64,000 nt of DNA. Origin: Clostridia bacterium. GTDB lineage: Bacteria > Bacillota > Clostridia > TANB77 > CAG-465. The notes below the pieces were generated by a model. It was not told the DNA's origin. It ran no database searches and saw only the letters and a list, made by a program, of their open reading frames with translations. The stretch lies in the NCBI GenBank assembly GCA_029256705.1, contig JAQSXK010000006.1:3021-67020 (forward strand). Direction: 5' to 3'. Position 1 is the stretch's first letter. The number at the start of each line of letters is the position of its first letter. Positions 54,472-64,000 of the stretch are shown one piece after another. The translations under genes and the position numbers were made by a program.

Positions 54472-55224
54472 TTATTTTATTAAATCTTTGACAACTTCTG
54501 ATGCTATTATTAATCCAACAACAGAAGGGACAAATGATATGCTACCTGGAATTTGCCTTTTTGCGGTACATTTTCTTACTGTACCTTTTGGACAGACGCA
54601 ATTTTTTTTACAAGAAGATTCACAATCGCTTATAGGTACTAACGGTTCTTCTTTAGAATAAACAATTTTAAGTGACTCTATATTTCTTTTTCTTAGCTCT
54701 TTTCTCATAACTCTTGCAACAGGACACATTGAAGATTTTTTAATATCTGAAATTTCAAATCTTGTAGGGTCTAGTTTGTTGCCAGCACCCATGCTAGATA
54801 TTATTGGGATATTTTTTTCTTTTGCTTTAATAACTAAATCAATTTTTGAACCAATTGTATCAATTGCATCAACTATGTAATCATAATCTTCACTAATAAG
54901 TTGGCCTGAATTTTCTGGATTTAAAAAAGTTAAATGAGTAATAACAGTGGCTTTAGGATTTATATCTAGTATTCTATTTTTCATAGCTTCCACTTTTTCA
55001 ATACCAACGGTTTTTGTTGTAGCATGTATTTGTCTATTTATATTTGTAAGACATATTTTATCATCGTCTATAAGAATAAATTTACCGACACCAGATCTTG
55101 CCAGTCCTTCGGCAGCATATGACCCAACACCACCTATACCAAATATAGCAACTGAACTGTTCATTAGTTTATTCAGATTATCTTTTCCTATTAATAATTC
55201 TGTTCTGGAAAATTTATTTAACAT
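54472..55224 (-). CDS. tcdA: tRNA threonylcarbamoyladenosine dehydratase (ThiF family)
   Basis: FSRTELL, GIGGVGS, TNINRQ, SSMGAGNKLDP, PGSISFVP. Confidence 0.92.
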   Translation of the reverse strand: MLNKFSRTELLIGKDNLNKLMNSSVAIFGIGGVGSYAAEGLARSGVGKFILIDDDKICLTNINRQIHATTKTVGIEKVEAMKNRILDINPKATVITHLTFLNPENSGQLISEDYDYIVDAIDTIGSKIDLVIKAKEKNIPIISSMGAGNKLDPTRFEISDIKKSSMCPVARVMRKELRKRNIESLKIVYSKEEPLVPISDCESSCKKNCVCPKGTVRKCTAKRQIPGSISFVPSVVGLIIASEVVKDLIK

Positions 55225-55407
55225 TTGTATCACCTTTCTAAGCTTATAACGTATAGATTATATCACAATTTTTCCTTTCTTTCAATAAAAAATAAATTAT
55301 TGGTACAAAATATAATTAATAAAACTAGCGTTAAAACAAAATGTTATTAAATAGTTGATTTTAAGTATTAAATATGATACAATGAAATAAATTTTAAGGG
55401 GTGTATT

Positions 55408-57279
55408 ATGAGAATATTAAAAGATTTTAAAGTACCAAATTTTAAAATACCAAAATTTAGAATGCCAGGAATATCTAATATTGAAGAATTAAGTATTGAA
55501 AATGAAAAAGAAAAAATTAAGGAGAAAAAAAATTCAAAAAATCGCGTAGTTAAGAGACACGTAACTATTCAAGAGATGTTTATTGAATCAACTGAAAAAT
55601 ATAAAGAAAATGTTTGTATACTTGAAAAATTTGATCACAAAGGTGAGTATTCAGAAATTAAATATTCAAATTTTAGGGAAGATGTAGTAGGATTAGGAAC
55701 AGGTATTATAGAATTGCTTGGGCTTAAAGATAAAAGAGTTATTATAATCGGTGAAAATACATATAATTGGTATGTTTCTTATATGACACTTCTTTGTGGT
55801 GGTATAATTGCAGTGCCGGTGGATAAAGAACTACCAGCTAATGAAATTGAAAATATCGTTAAAAGAAGTAGAGCTTCTGCCATTATATATTCTCCTCGTA
55901 AAAAAGATGTAATTGAAAAAATTAAAAATAATTTGCAGGAAATCGAATATTTTATTGAAATGTACTCTGAAAAAGAGTTATCTGGCAAAGATGTTGGATT
56001 TAATTATGTTACAAATGTCGGAAAGCAGTTATACAAAAATGGAAATAATAGTTTTCTTTCTACTAAAATAGAGCCAGATGAGTTTAAGGTTTTATTGTTT
56101 ACTTCAGGAACAACATCTAGCTCTAAGGGTGTTATGTTATGCAATAGAAATTTAGTAGATAATATATGGGGTGCACTTTCATATGCTGAAATGGATAGTA
56201 AAGATAGATTTTTTTCTATATTACCACTACATCATACATATGAATCCACAATTGGCTTTTTAATACCTATTTCTGAAGGGTCTTCTATAGCAGTTTGTGA
56301 AGGTCTGAAGTATATTGTACAAAATCTTAAAGAAACAAAACCTACAATAATGCTCGCTGTACCTTTATTAGTTGAAACTTTATATAAAAAAATTAATGCC
56401 GGTATTAAAAAGAGTAAAAAAGAAGGTATAGTTAATTCGATGATTCATGTGACTAATGCATTGAAATCAGTAAATATAGATATAAAAAGAAAAGTTTTCA
56501 GTGAAATATATGATAATTTAGGTGGCAATATTAGAATTATAGTAAGCGCTGCTGCACCTATAGATGCTAAAGTTGGTAAATGGGTAGAAGATATTGGAAT
56601 ATTGTTTTTACAAGGTTATGGTCTTACAGAAACTGCTCCAATAGCTGCACTTACACCTGAATTTAAACCTAAGGTTGGATCAACAGGAATAGCTGTACCT
56701 TGTAGTGAAATTAAGATAAAAGATCCAAACGAAAAAGGTGAAGGAGAAATATTAATAAAAAGTACTACTTTAATGTTAGGATATTATGAGGATGAAGAAG
56801 CAACAAAAGCTTGTGTTATAGATGGATGGTTCCATTCTGGAGATATTGGATATATGGATGAAGAGGGATATCTTTATATAACTGGTAGATGTAAAAATGT
56901 AATAGTAACCCGCAATGGTAAAAACATATATCCTGAAGAGTTAGAACTTATGCTTGCTAAAATACCTTATATTAAAGAATGTATGGTGTATGGTTTAGAA
57001 GAAGACGGTAATAAAGACGATCTGAAAATAGCTGTTAAGGTTACAGTTAATGATGAATATATAGAGCAAAATCATAGCGTAAAACCGTCAAAAGAAGAAA
57101 TATATAACATAATATGGAATGCTATAAAAACTATAAATAGAAGTTTAACATCATATAAAGCTATTAAGCATCTTGAAATTAAGGAAGATGAGTTTGAAAA
57201 AACTACAACAATGAAAATAAAAAGATTTGCTGAAATGAAAAAAGATCAAGAAAAGAAAATTGAAACTCAAAATAAATAA
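55408..57279 (+). CDS. Long-chain acyl-CoA synthetase (paralog 1)
   Basis: FTSGTTSSSKG, LPLHHTYE, QGYGLTE, SGDIG, GKNIYPEE, KIKR. Confidence 0.92.
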   Translation: MRILKDFKVPNFKIPKFRMPGISNIEELSIENEKEKIKEKKNSKNRVVKRHVTIQEMFIESTEKYKENVCILEKFDHKGEYSEIKYSNFREDVVGLGTGIIELLGLKDKRVIIIGENTYNWYVSYMTLLCGGIIAVPVDKELPANEIENIVKRSRASAIIYSPRKKDVIEKIKNNLQEIEYFIEMYSEKELSGKDVGFNYVTNVGKQLYKNGNNSFLSTKIEPDEFKVLLFTSGTTSSSKGVMLCNRNLVDNIWGALSYAEMDSKDRFFSILPLHHTYESTIGFLIPISEGSSIAVCEGLKYIVQNLKETKPTIMLAVPLLVETLYKKINAGIKKSKKEGIVNSMIHVTNALKSVNIDIKRKVFSEIYDNLGGNIRIIVSAAAPIDAKVGKWVEDIGILFLQGYGLTETAPIAALTPEFKPKVGSTGIAVPCSEIKIKDPNEKGEGEILIKSTTLMLGYYEDEEATKACVIDGWFHSGDIGYMDEEGYLYITGRCKNVIVTRNGKNIYPEELELMLAKIPYIKECMVYGLEEDGNKDDLKIAVKVTVNDEYIEQNHSVKPSKEEIYNIIWNAIKTINRSLTSYKAIKHLEIKEDEFEKTTTMKIKRFAEMKKDQEKKIETQNK

Positions 57280-57382
57280 ATTAAAAACAACGTGCTAAAA
57301 TTTGTTAAAACAATGCTTTTTTTATATAAAGCATTGTTTTTTTATACTAAATAGTATATAATAACGTTTGTAGGTGATAGTA

Positions 57383-58225
57383 ATGAAAAAGAAAATTATA
57401 ATTATCTCAACGTCAGTGATTGCTTTATTAACAATAGTTATATTGGCTTCATATATTCTGACAAAAAATAGTGAATTGGGCGGTAAAAAATCAGACAATA
57501 TTCAGGAACAACCATTGATTAATTCTAACAATAACGAAGAGAAAACTGTAGATCCAAGTGAATATATAGAGATAAATAAAGATAGTCAACTGGCTAGGGA
57601 AATATATAATTTTGTACCTAAGTATCTTCAAAATACAATTGATAAGATGTCAGGAGAATATATATTATATTCTGCAATTTCTAGACTTGAGGAAACACAA
57701 AGTCCTACAATTAGTTATATGGTAGGTGATGAGAAGATTTCCGGGTATAGATATGATACTGTTTTAAAGGCTGCTAAAGAAATATATGGAAATAGTATTA
57801 AAATCGATAAGAAAGATGAATATAAATTACCAATTGGCTATAGCTATAAGGATGATGCATTTTGTAAATATGCCATGGGTTTTGGGTCATCTGAAGAATT
57901 TCAAATAATAAAAGAATTAAAAGAAAATGATAAGACATATAAACTTACACTATATGCGCTAAGTATAGAGTATGATATTAACGATTTAACACATATTTTT
58001 ATTTCTACTAAAAATACATATAAGTTGTATAAAAGTTCAAGTAGTGATTTAGAAGCTATAAGAAAAAGTATGGAAGAATACGTTTTGAATGGAATAGACT
58101 TAGATCCAACAAATGTAGCAAACGAGTATAAAAACAGCTTGCCATTAATAGAATATGAATTAGAGAAGCTAGATGATAGAGGAACAAAATATTTTGTAAA
58201 AAATGTTAAACTTATTTTTGATTAA
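57383..58225 (+). CDS. Membrane-anchored extracytoplasmic hypothetical protein
   Basis: MKKK plus a hydrophobic TM segment, then a soluble domain; co-oriented and 15 nt from the next gene. Confidence 0.75.
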   Translation: MKKKIIIISTSVIALLTIVILASYILTKNSELGGKKSDNIQEQPLINSNNNEEKTVDPSEYIEINKDSQLAREIYNFVPKYLQNTIDKMSGEYILYSAISRLEETQSPTISYMVGDEKISGYRYDTVLKAAKEIYGNSIKIDKKDEYKLPIGYSYKDDAFCKYAMGFGSSEEFQIIKELKENDKTYKLTLYALSIEYDINDLTHIFISTKNTYKLYKSSSSDLEAIRKSMEEYVLNGIDLDPTNVANEYKNSLPLIEYELEKLDDRGTKYFVKNVKLIFD

Positions 58226-58240
58226 TATAGGAGGATTGTT

Positions 58241-59956
58241 ATGAAAAAAATAGAGAGAATGGATACCTTAAAAGATTTTGTACTAAAAAGATGTGATCTA
58301 TATGCTGAAAAGATAGCTATAATAGAAAGAAATAAAAAAACAAATAAATTTGATGAGATAAAGTTTAAACAGATAAAAGAGGATATACTTAATCTTGGAA
58401 CTGCGCTACTTTTGAAGTTAAACCTAGATAATGAAAAAATTGCTGTTATAGGAGAAAACAGTTATAAATGGTTTGTTACATATATGGCAACCGCTTGTGG
58501 GGTAGGAATTATTGTTCCTCTAGATAAAGAATTACCAGCTAATGAAGTTTTAAATCTATTAAATAGATCTAGAGCTAAATGTATTGTATATTCCAGCAAG
58601 AAAAAAGAACTGATTAATGAATTGAAAGATAAGTTGCCAAAAGACACGGTGTACATTGAAATGGATAAGGAAAATTCAAATGAAGAGTCTTATTCATTTG
58701 ATGAATTATTGGTTGAAGGAAAAGAATTAATTGATACTGGCTCACACGAATATATTGAGAGAAAAGTCGATCCTAACGAGTTTAAAATTTTATTATTTAC
58801 TTCTGGAACTACTTCAAACTCAAAAGGTGTTATGCTATCACATAACAATATAGCTAGCAATGTATACTCAATAGCTTATGCATATAGTGAACAAACAACA
58901 CTTAGATTCCTATCTTTTTTACCAATGCACCATACATATGAGTTCACAGTAACATATTTATCTGTTTTAAGTGAAGGTGGTAGTGTAGGAATATGTGAAG
59001 GATTAAGATATATAATGCAAAATTTGTCTGATATGAAACCTGATTGTATAACATGTGTTCCACTGCTTGCTGATAATATTAAAAAGAAAATTGAAAAAAC
59101 AATAAAGAAGGAAAATAAGCAAGGTTTAGTGGATACCGTCGTTAAGGTAAGTTCCTTTTTAGGTGGGGCAAAAACGGATATTAGAAGAAAGATATTTAAA
59201 AAAATACATGATAATTTGGGTGGAAATTTAAAATATATATTAATAGGTGCTGCACCAACTGATAAAGAAACTGTAGACGCCATGGAAGGATATGGATTTG
59301 TAATACTTCAGGGTTATGGTCTTACAGAAACTTCACCACTCGTTGCGGGTACTTTAGTTAAAACTAGAAAATCTGGAACTGTTGGCGTTGCTATTAAAGA
59401 CGTTGAGGTAAGAATAGATTTAAAAGAGGATGAAATAGAAAATTCTGGTGAAATAATGGTTAAAGGTCCAAACGTTATGTTAGGATATTACGAGGACGAA
59501 GAGGCGACAAAAAAAGTTCTCAAAAAAGGTTGGTTTTATACTGGGGATGTAGGATACTTTGATAATCAGGGCAATTTAGTCATATCAGGAAGAACAAAAA
59601 ATGTTATAGTAACGCAAAATGGAAAAAATATATATCCCGAAGAAATAGAAAATTACATAAATAAAATACCTTACGTTTCTGAATCGATGGTTTATGGACT
59701 AGGTGAAGATCAAAATAGTATAATAGTTGCAGCAAAAGTTACTTTAGACGAGGAATATATGGAGGAAACATATGCTTCTAATAGACCTTCAGATGAGCAA
59801 ATACATGAACTAATATGGGAGGAAATCAAAAAGATTAATAGAAAATTAGTACCATATAAAGCGGTAAAAAATTTAGAGATAAAAAAAGATGAGTTTGAAA
59901 AGACAACTACATTAAAGATTAAAAGGTTTGCTGAGATGAGTAAAGTAAAAAAATAG
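58241..59956 (+). CDS. Long-chain acyl-CoA synthetase (paralog 2)
   Basis: FTSGTTSNSKG, LPMHHTYE, QGYGLTE, TGDVG, GKNIYPEE, KIKR. Confidence 0.92.
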   Translation: MKKIERMDTLKDFVLKRCDLYAEKIAIIERNKKTNKFDEIKFKQIKEDILNLGTALLLKLNLDNEKIAVIGENSYKWFVTYMATACGVGIIVPLDKELPANEVLNLLNRSRAKCIVYSSKKKELINELKDKLPKDTVYIEMDKENSNEESYSFDELLVEGKELIDTGSHEYIERKVDPNEFKILLFTSGTTSNSKGVMLSHNNIASNVYSIAYAYSEQTTLRFLSFLPMHHTYEFTVTYLSVLSEGGSVGICEGLRYIMQNLSDMKPDCITCVPLLADNIKKKIEKTIKKENKQGLVDTVVKVSSFLGGAKTDIRRKIFKKIHDNLGGNLKYILIGAAPTDKETVDAMEGYGFVILQGYGLTETSPLVAGTLVKTRKSGTVGVAIKDVEVRIDLKEDEIENSGEIMVKGPNVMLGYYEDEEATKKVLKKGWFYTGDVGYFDNQGNLVISGRTKNVIVTQNGKNIYPEEIENYINKIPYVSESMVYGLGEDQNSIIVAAKVTLDEEYMEETYASNRPSDEQIHELIWEEIKKINRKLVPYKAVKNLEIKKDEFEKTTTLKIKRFAEMSKVKK

Positions 59957-60151
59957 TTTGATAGTAAAAAACATTATGGAGTTTTCCATAGTGTTTTTTT
60001 ATAAATAGCTAAATAAATGGTCAAAATCATTTAAAATGCTTGAAAACTAAACATGAATGATATATACTTTATACATTACATTATGTTGCTACTATGTCCC
60101 AATATATATACTTATACAGTAATATCTAATAATGTAAAATAAAGCAGAAAC

Positions 60152-60251
60152 AAACATTGGTTTTAAAAAACTTAGCTATTTTTTAAAATTTTTAACTAAA
60201 AGTGTTGACAAACCATTTTTTACATAGTATAATAATTTCAAACAAACGTTT
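60152..60251 (+). promoter_or_regulatory. recA SigA promoter flanked by two SOS-box-like sites
   Basis: TTGACA-17-TATAAT 60205-60233; AAAC-attg-GTTT 60152-60163 and AAAC-aaac-GTTT 60240-60251. Confidence 0.7.
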
Positions 60252-60273
60252 TAATATTTGTAAGGAGGAAATT

Positions 60274-61344
60274 ATGATTTCAGAAGAAAGAAAAAAAGCG
60301 CTTGACATTGCAATGGCGCAAATCGAAAAAAATTTTGGTAAAGGTTCTGTCATGAAACTTGGTGAAGTTTCAGACGTAAACATTGACTCTATACCAAGCG
60401 GTGCACTTAGTTTAGACATTGCACTTGGCATAGGTGGTTACCCAAGAGGTAGAATTATAGAAATATTTGGACCAGAATCATCTGGTAAAACAACACTTGC
60501 TTTACATGCAATTGCTGAGGCACAAAAATTAGGTGGCATAGCAGCATTTATTGATGCAGAACATGCATTAGATCCTGTGTATGCAAGACAATTAGGTGTT
60601 GATGTGGATAATTTAGTTGTATCACAACCTGATACAGGAGAGCAAGCTTTAGAAATTACGGAACAATTAATACGTAGTGGGGCAGTTGATATCATAACTA
60701 TAGATTCTGTTGCAGCACTTGTACCCAAAGCTGAAATTGATGGTGAAATGGGCGATAGTCATATAGGTTTACAAGCAAGACTTATGTCACAAGCTTTAAG
60801 AAAATTAACAGGAGTTATTAGTAAATCTAAAACAGTAGTTATATTTATAAATCAATTACGTGAAAAAGTTGGTATTATGTTTGGAAATCCAGAAACTACA
60901 CCAGGTGGTAGAGCACTTAAGTTTTACTCATCTGTTAGATTAGACATAAGAAAACAAGAAGCAATAAAAACTAATGGAGAAGTTACTGGTAGTAGAACTA
61001 AAGTTAAAGTAGTAAAAAATAAAGTTGCTCCTCCTTTTAGAGAAGCTGAATTTGATATTATTTATGGACATGGCATATCAAATGAAGGATGTATTTTAGA
61101 TTTAGCAGCATCATTAGATATTGTTAATAAGAGTGGAGCTTGGTTTGCTTACAATGGAGAAAAAATCGGTCAAGGAAGAGAAAATGCAAAACAATATTTA
61201 TTAGATAATCCTAAAACAATGAAGGAAATTGAGAAGAAAGTTAGAGAAAATTTTGATAAAGCCTTTGAAAAGAGTATGGGTGAAATACCAGAAGTGGGTT
61301 TAGTTGATGAAGATGAAAATTTAGAAGAAATAAGTGAAAAATAA
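60274..61344 (+). CDS. recA: Recombinase RecA
   Basis: [35 protein letters not shown] 60274 after AAGGAGG. Confidence 0.99.
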   Translation: MISEERKKALDIAMAQIEKNFGKGSVMKLGEVSDVNIDSIPSGALSLDIALGIGGYPRGRIIEIFGPESSGKTTLALHAIAEAQKLGGIAAFIDAEHALDPVYARQLGVDVDNLVVSQPDTGEQALEITEQLIRSGAVDIITIDSVAALVPKAEIDGEMGDSHIGLQARLMSQALRKLTGVISKSKTVVIFINQLREKVGIMFGNPETTPGGRALKFYSSVRLDIRKQEAIKTNGEVTGSRTKVKVVKNKVAPPFREAEFDIIYGHGISNEGCILDLAASLDIVNKSGAWFAYNGEKIGQGRENAKQYLLDNPKTMKEIEKKVRENFDKAFEKSMGEIPEVGLVDEDENLEEISEK

Positions 61345-61748
61345 TGGAGTTTGAAGAAGCTAAATTTAAAGCTATAAAATATTTAGGAATATCTAAAAAA
61401 ACTGAATATGAAGTGGAAATGAAACTTAAAAGATTAAATATAGATGAAAAAATTATAAATAAGGTTATACAATATTTGATAGAAATCAATTATATTAATG
61501 ATTTAGATTATGTTGAGTCTTTTATAAGACAAAACGAGAAAATGTTAAAGTATTCTATCTATGAAATTTCCGAAAAATTGAAAGTTAAAGGAGTAAATTC
61601 AGATTTAATTGAAGATAGATTAAACAATTTATCTTTTAAAAATTATGAAAATAGTGTAATTGAAAAAATTATTAATTCCAAATCAAAAAATATGGATATA
61701 GAAAAAATAAATCAATATTTATTTAGAAGAGGTTTCAAAAAAAGATAA
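61344..61748 (+). CDS. recX: Regulatory protein RecX
   Basis: AIKYL..KTEYE, YIND, KLKVKG, YLFRRGF; overlaps the recA stop. Confidence 0.88.
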   Translation: MEFEEAKFKAIKYLGISKKTEYEVEMKLKRLNIDEKIINKVIQYLIEINYINDLDYVESFIRQNEKMLKYSIYEISEKLKVKGVNSDLIEDRLNNLSFKNYENSVIEKIINSKSKNMDIEKINQYLFRRGFKKR

Positions 61749-61766
61749 AGATGAGGAGAATGAATT

Positions 61767-62492
61767 ATGACTAACACACCAACTGTTCACAATAGTGCAA
61801 ATTATGGAGATATAGCAAAAATTGTTTTAATGCCAGGTGACCCATTGCGCGCTAAATTTATTGCAGAAAATTACCTTGAAAATGTTGTATGTTTTAATGA
61901 GCTTAGAGGAATGTTAGGTTTTACAGGAATATATAAGGGTAAAAAAGTTTCTGTTATGGGTAGTGGTATGGGTATGCCAAGTATTGGTATATATTCATAT
62001 GAATTATTTAAATTTTATGATGTTGAAAAAATAATTAGAATCGGTTCTTGTGGTGGATATTCTGAAGATTTAGAACTATTGGATACTATTCTTGTAGATA
62101 ATGCATATAGCGAAAGTACTTTTGCCTTAACATTTAATAGTTGCAAGGATAACTTGTTATCTGGATCAAAAGAATTAACTGATATACTTTCAAATGTTGC
62201 AGATAGATTAAATATTAAAGTTAAAAGGGGTACTGTTTTAACTAGTGATGGTTTTGATTATTATATTGATGTAAAATCTTTGCTAGGTAGAATCCCACAA
62301 GAAATAAAATGTATTGGTGCTGAAATGGAATGTTTTGGATTATTTCATGTAGCTAATTCATTAAATAAAAAAGCAGCTTGTCTTTTATCTGTTGTAGATT
62401 CACATACAAAAAAAACATTAGTCTCACCTAAAGATAGAGAAAAATCACTAAAAAATATGATAGAGATAGCTCTAGAATCAGTTTTAGAGTAA
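61767..62492 (+). CDS. deoD: Purine nucleoside phosphorylase DeoD
   Basis: MPGDPLRA, GMGMPS, RIGSCG, AEME. Confidence 0.95.
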   Translation: MTNTPTVHNSANYGDIAKIVLMPGDPLRAKFIAENYLENVVCFNELRGMLGFTGIYKGKKVSVMGSGMGMPSIGIYSYELFKFYDVEKIIRIGSCGGYSEDLELLDTILVDNAYSESTFALTFNSCKDNLLSGSKELTDILSNVADRLNIKVKRGTVLTSDGFDYYIDVKSLLGRIPQEIKCIGAEMECFGLFHVANSLNKKAACLLSVVDSHTKKTLVSPKDREKSLKNMIEIALESVLE

Positions 62493-62506
62493 TTAAAGGA
62501 ATTGAT

Positions 62507-63301
62507 ATGAAAGAAAAAATTTTAAATAATAATGATGAATATAAATTGATTATAGATAATTTTGAGGGACCTTTAGATTTGCTTTTATTTCTTATTTCTA
62601 AGAATAAAATGAATATATTTGATATTTCTCTTAGCGATTTAACAGATAAATATATTGATTATCTTAATGAAATGTCTAATTTGAATCTTGATATAGCAAG
62701 CAGCTTTGTTGTTATGGCATCTACATTATTAGATATAAAAGCTAGAAAGCTTCTTCCAGAACTTGAAGAAAAGGTAGAGAATGAGCTAACAGAAGAAGAT
62801 ATTATATCTAGAATAATTGAATATAAGAAATATAAAGAAATTAGTAATACAATTGGTAATATGTATATATCTAATTTTGGAACGTTTGATAAACCTATGG
62901 AGAAAATTAAATTTGCCAAGACAATGCAGTATACTGGTGAAAAGTTTGAAAAAGATGAATTATTTGATATTTATAATGAAATAATAAGTAGGAACATTAA
63001 TAAAATGAACGCAAATGCAAAAGAGATTGAGAGATTAACTTTATATGAGAAAGTTACTGTAAAAGATAAGGCTAAACAGATAATATCTTATTTAGAAAAA
63101 AATGATTGTCTCGTATTTAATAAGGTTTTTAATACAGAAGAAATAGATAATTTAGAAGTTGTTACAGCTTTTTTAGGCACTTTAGAGTTAACAAAGTTAA
63201 AACAAGTATATGTTGATCAGAAGAAACAATTTTCCGATATATTTATTAAGAGAAATAACGATGTAAAAGTAGAATATGACTTATCTAGAATAGCAGAATA
63301 A
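62507..63301 (+). CDS. scpA: Segregation/condensation protein A (kleisin)
   Basis: FEGPLDLLL, FVVMASTLLDIKARKLLP, FLGTLEL. Confidence 0.94.
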   Translation: MKEKILNNNDEYKLIIDNFEGPLDLLLFLISKNKMNIFDISLSDLTDKYIDYLNEMSNLNLDIASSFVVMASTLLDIKARKLLPELEEKVENELTEEDIISRIIEYKKYKEISNTIGNMYISNFGTFDKPMEKIKFAKTMQYTGEKFEKDELFDIYNEIISRNINKMNANAKEIERLTLYEKVTVKDKAKQIISYLEKNDCLVFNKVFNTEEIDNLEVVTAFLGTLELTKLKQVYVDQKKQFSDIFIKRNNDVKVEYDLSRIAE

Positions 63302-63307
63302 TTAAAC

Positions 63308-63352
63308 AAAACACAAAATTTAAGCAATAAAGTTTGAATTTTGTGTTTTTTT
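63308..63352 (+). terminator. Terminator after scpA
   Basis: aaaacacaaaatt...aattttgtgtttt plus T-tract. Confidence 0.7.
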
Positions 63353-63425
63353 ATGATTTTTAAGGTATGCTATTGAAAAAAAAAACTTTTTATGATACTA
63401 TATAATCGATAGGGGAGAGATAATT

Positions 63426-64000
63426 ATGACTGATAAAAAAACAATATTAATTTTGATTTTAATAGCATCTTTGGTAGCAATACTGGTTGGTGTTTTAATA
63501 TTTATTTATAGTGGACCAAAAGATACTGGAAAAGCTAATAATCAAATTGAACAAAATAATTTATATTTTGTTACTGAGGAAGTAGGAGTTGGTTATGGAA
63601 TTAGTAAAACTGATGGTTCGGTGTTACTAAAACCAGAATATTCTCAACTAGCAAGAGTGGACAATTCTGTTTATCTAAAAACTGCAGAAGATAGTTATAT
63701 ATACTTTTTAAGCGATGGTAAAAGCGTTAGTTTAGGTGGTAAAGAATCTGAAGTTTATTTTGTATATGATAAAGAAAATAAATTATTGCCATATTTTATA
63801 TTTAGATATGGTGAGACAGAACAAGCTAGTATATTTAGAATTTTCAATAATAAAGGAATAAGACATGATACAAAAGATTTTGCAAGCCTAAATGATGCAT
63901 ATAAATTTTTAAATGCAAAAGAAGTATTTAAATCTACAATAGCATCAACAAGTATAACAGATAAATATGCCGTTATTTCAACTTTAGACTATCCAACAAT
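63426..64000 (+). CDS. Membrane-anchored hypothetical protein with a WG-repeat-like segment (runs off the window)
   Basis: RBS GGGGAG + ATG; MTDKKTILILILIASL..., YGISKTDGSVLLKPEY; open to the window end. Confidence 0.7.
   Translation, partial: MTDKKTILILILIASLVAILVGVLIFIYSGPKDTGKANNQIEQNNLYFVTEEVGVGYGISKTDGSVLLKPEYSQLARVDNSVYLKTAEDSYIYFLSDGKSVSLGGKESEVYFVYDKENKLLPYFIFRYGETEQASIFRIFNNKGIRHDTKDFASLNDAYKFLNAKEVFKSTIASTSITDKYAVISTLDYPT

Noticed and set aside
60040..60145. Possible small RNA upstream of recA (TTGAAA-17-TATACT with a ttacatta/taatgtaa stem)
   Set aside because: Weak AT-only pairing and no terminator; more likely a second recA promoter or chance.

Overview
A very AT-rich chromosomal window from a spore-forming Clostridia-like bacterium, centred on the replication origin. 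Genes left of about 15.4 kb run on the minus strand: sigE(partial)-spoIIGA-ftsZ-ftsA-spoIVFB-spoIVFA-miaB-efp-rplT-rpmI-infC-gyrB-recF-dnaN-[oriC]-dnaA. Genes to the right run mostly on the plus strand: rpmH-rnpA-yidD-yidC-jag-mnmE-mnmG-rsmG-soj-spo0J, two tRNA-Ser, housekeeping genes, catalase, nrdDGR, yabG, spo0A, a BY-kinase trio, cls, two acyl-CoA synthetases, recA-recX-deoD-scpA. Features missing from the ORF track include a ~570-nt OLE RNA with oapA, an L20 leader, DnaA boxes with six DnaA-trios, rpmH and several small ORFs. The most notable observations are four. (1) spoIIGA is cut short by one extra base at a CGG codon, and its conserved C-terminus continues in the +1 frame to an ATGA overlap with sigE; this could be recoding, mutation or sequencing error. 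(2) A sensor-less tandem GGDEF protein has two complementarily degenerate domains. (3) A Ppl-like PHP-ABC ATPase plus a small partner forms a 2.5-kb cassette that appears to split a small YabG-N-like gene. (4) The OLE-oapA unit stands alone with its own promoter. No CRISPR array, transposase or integrase was seen. All assignments are from motif recognition by eye; no searches were run.
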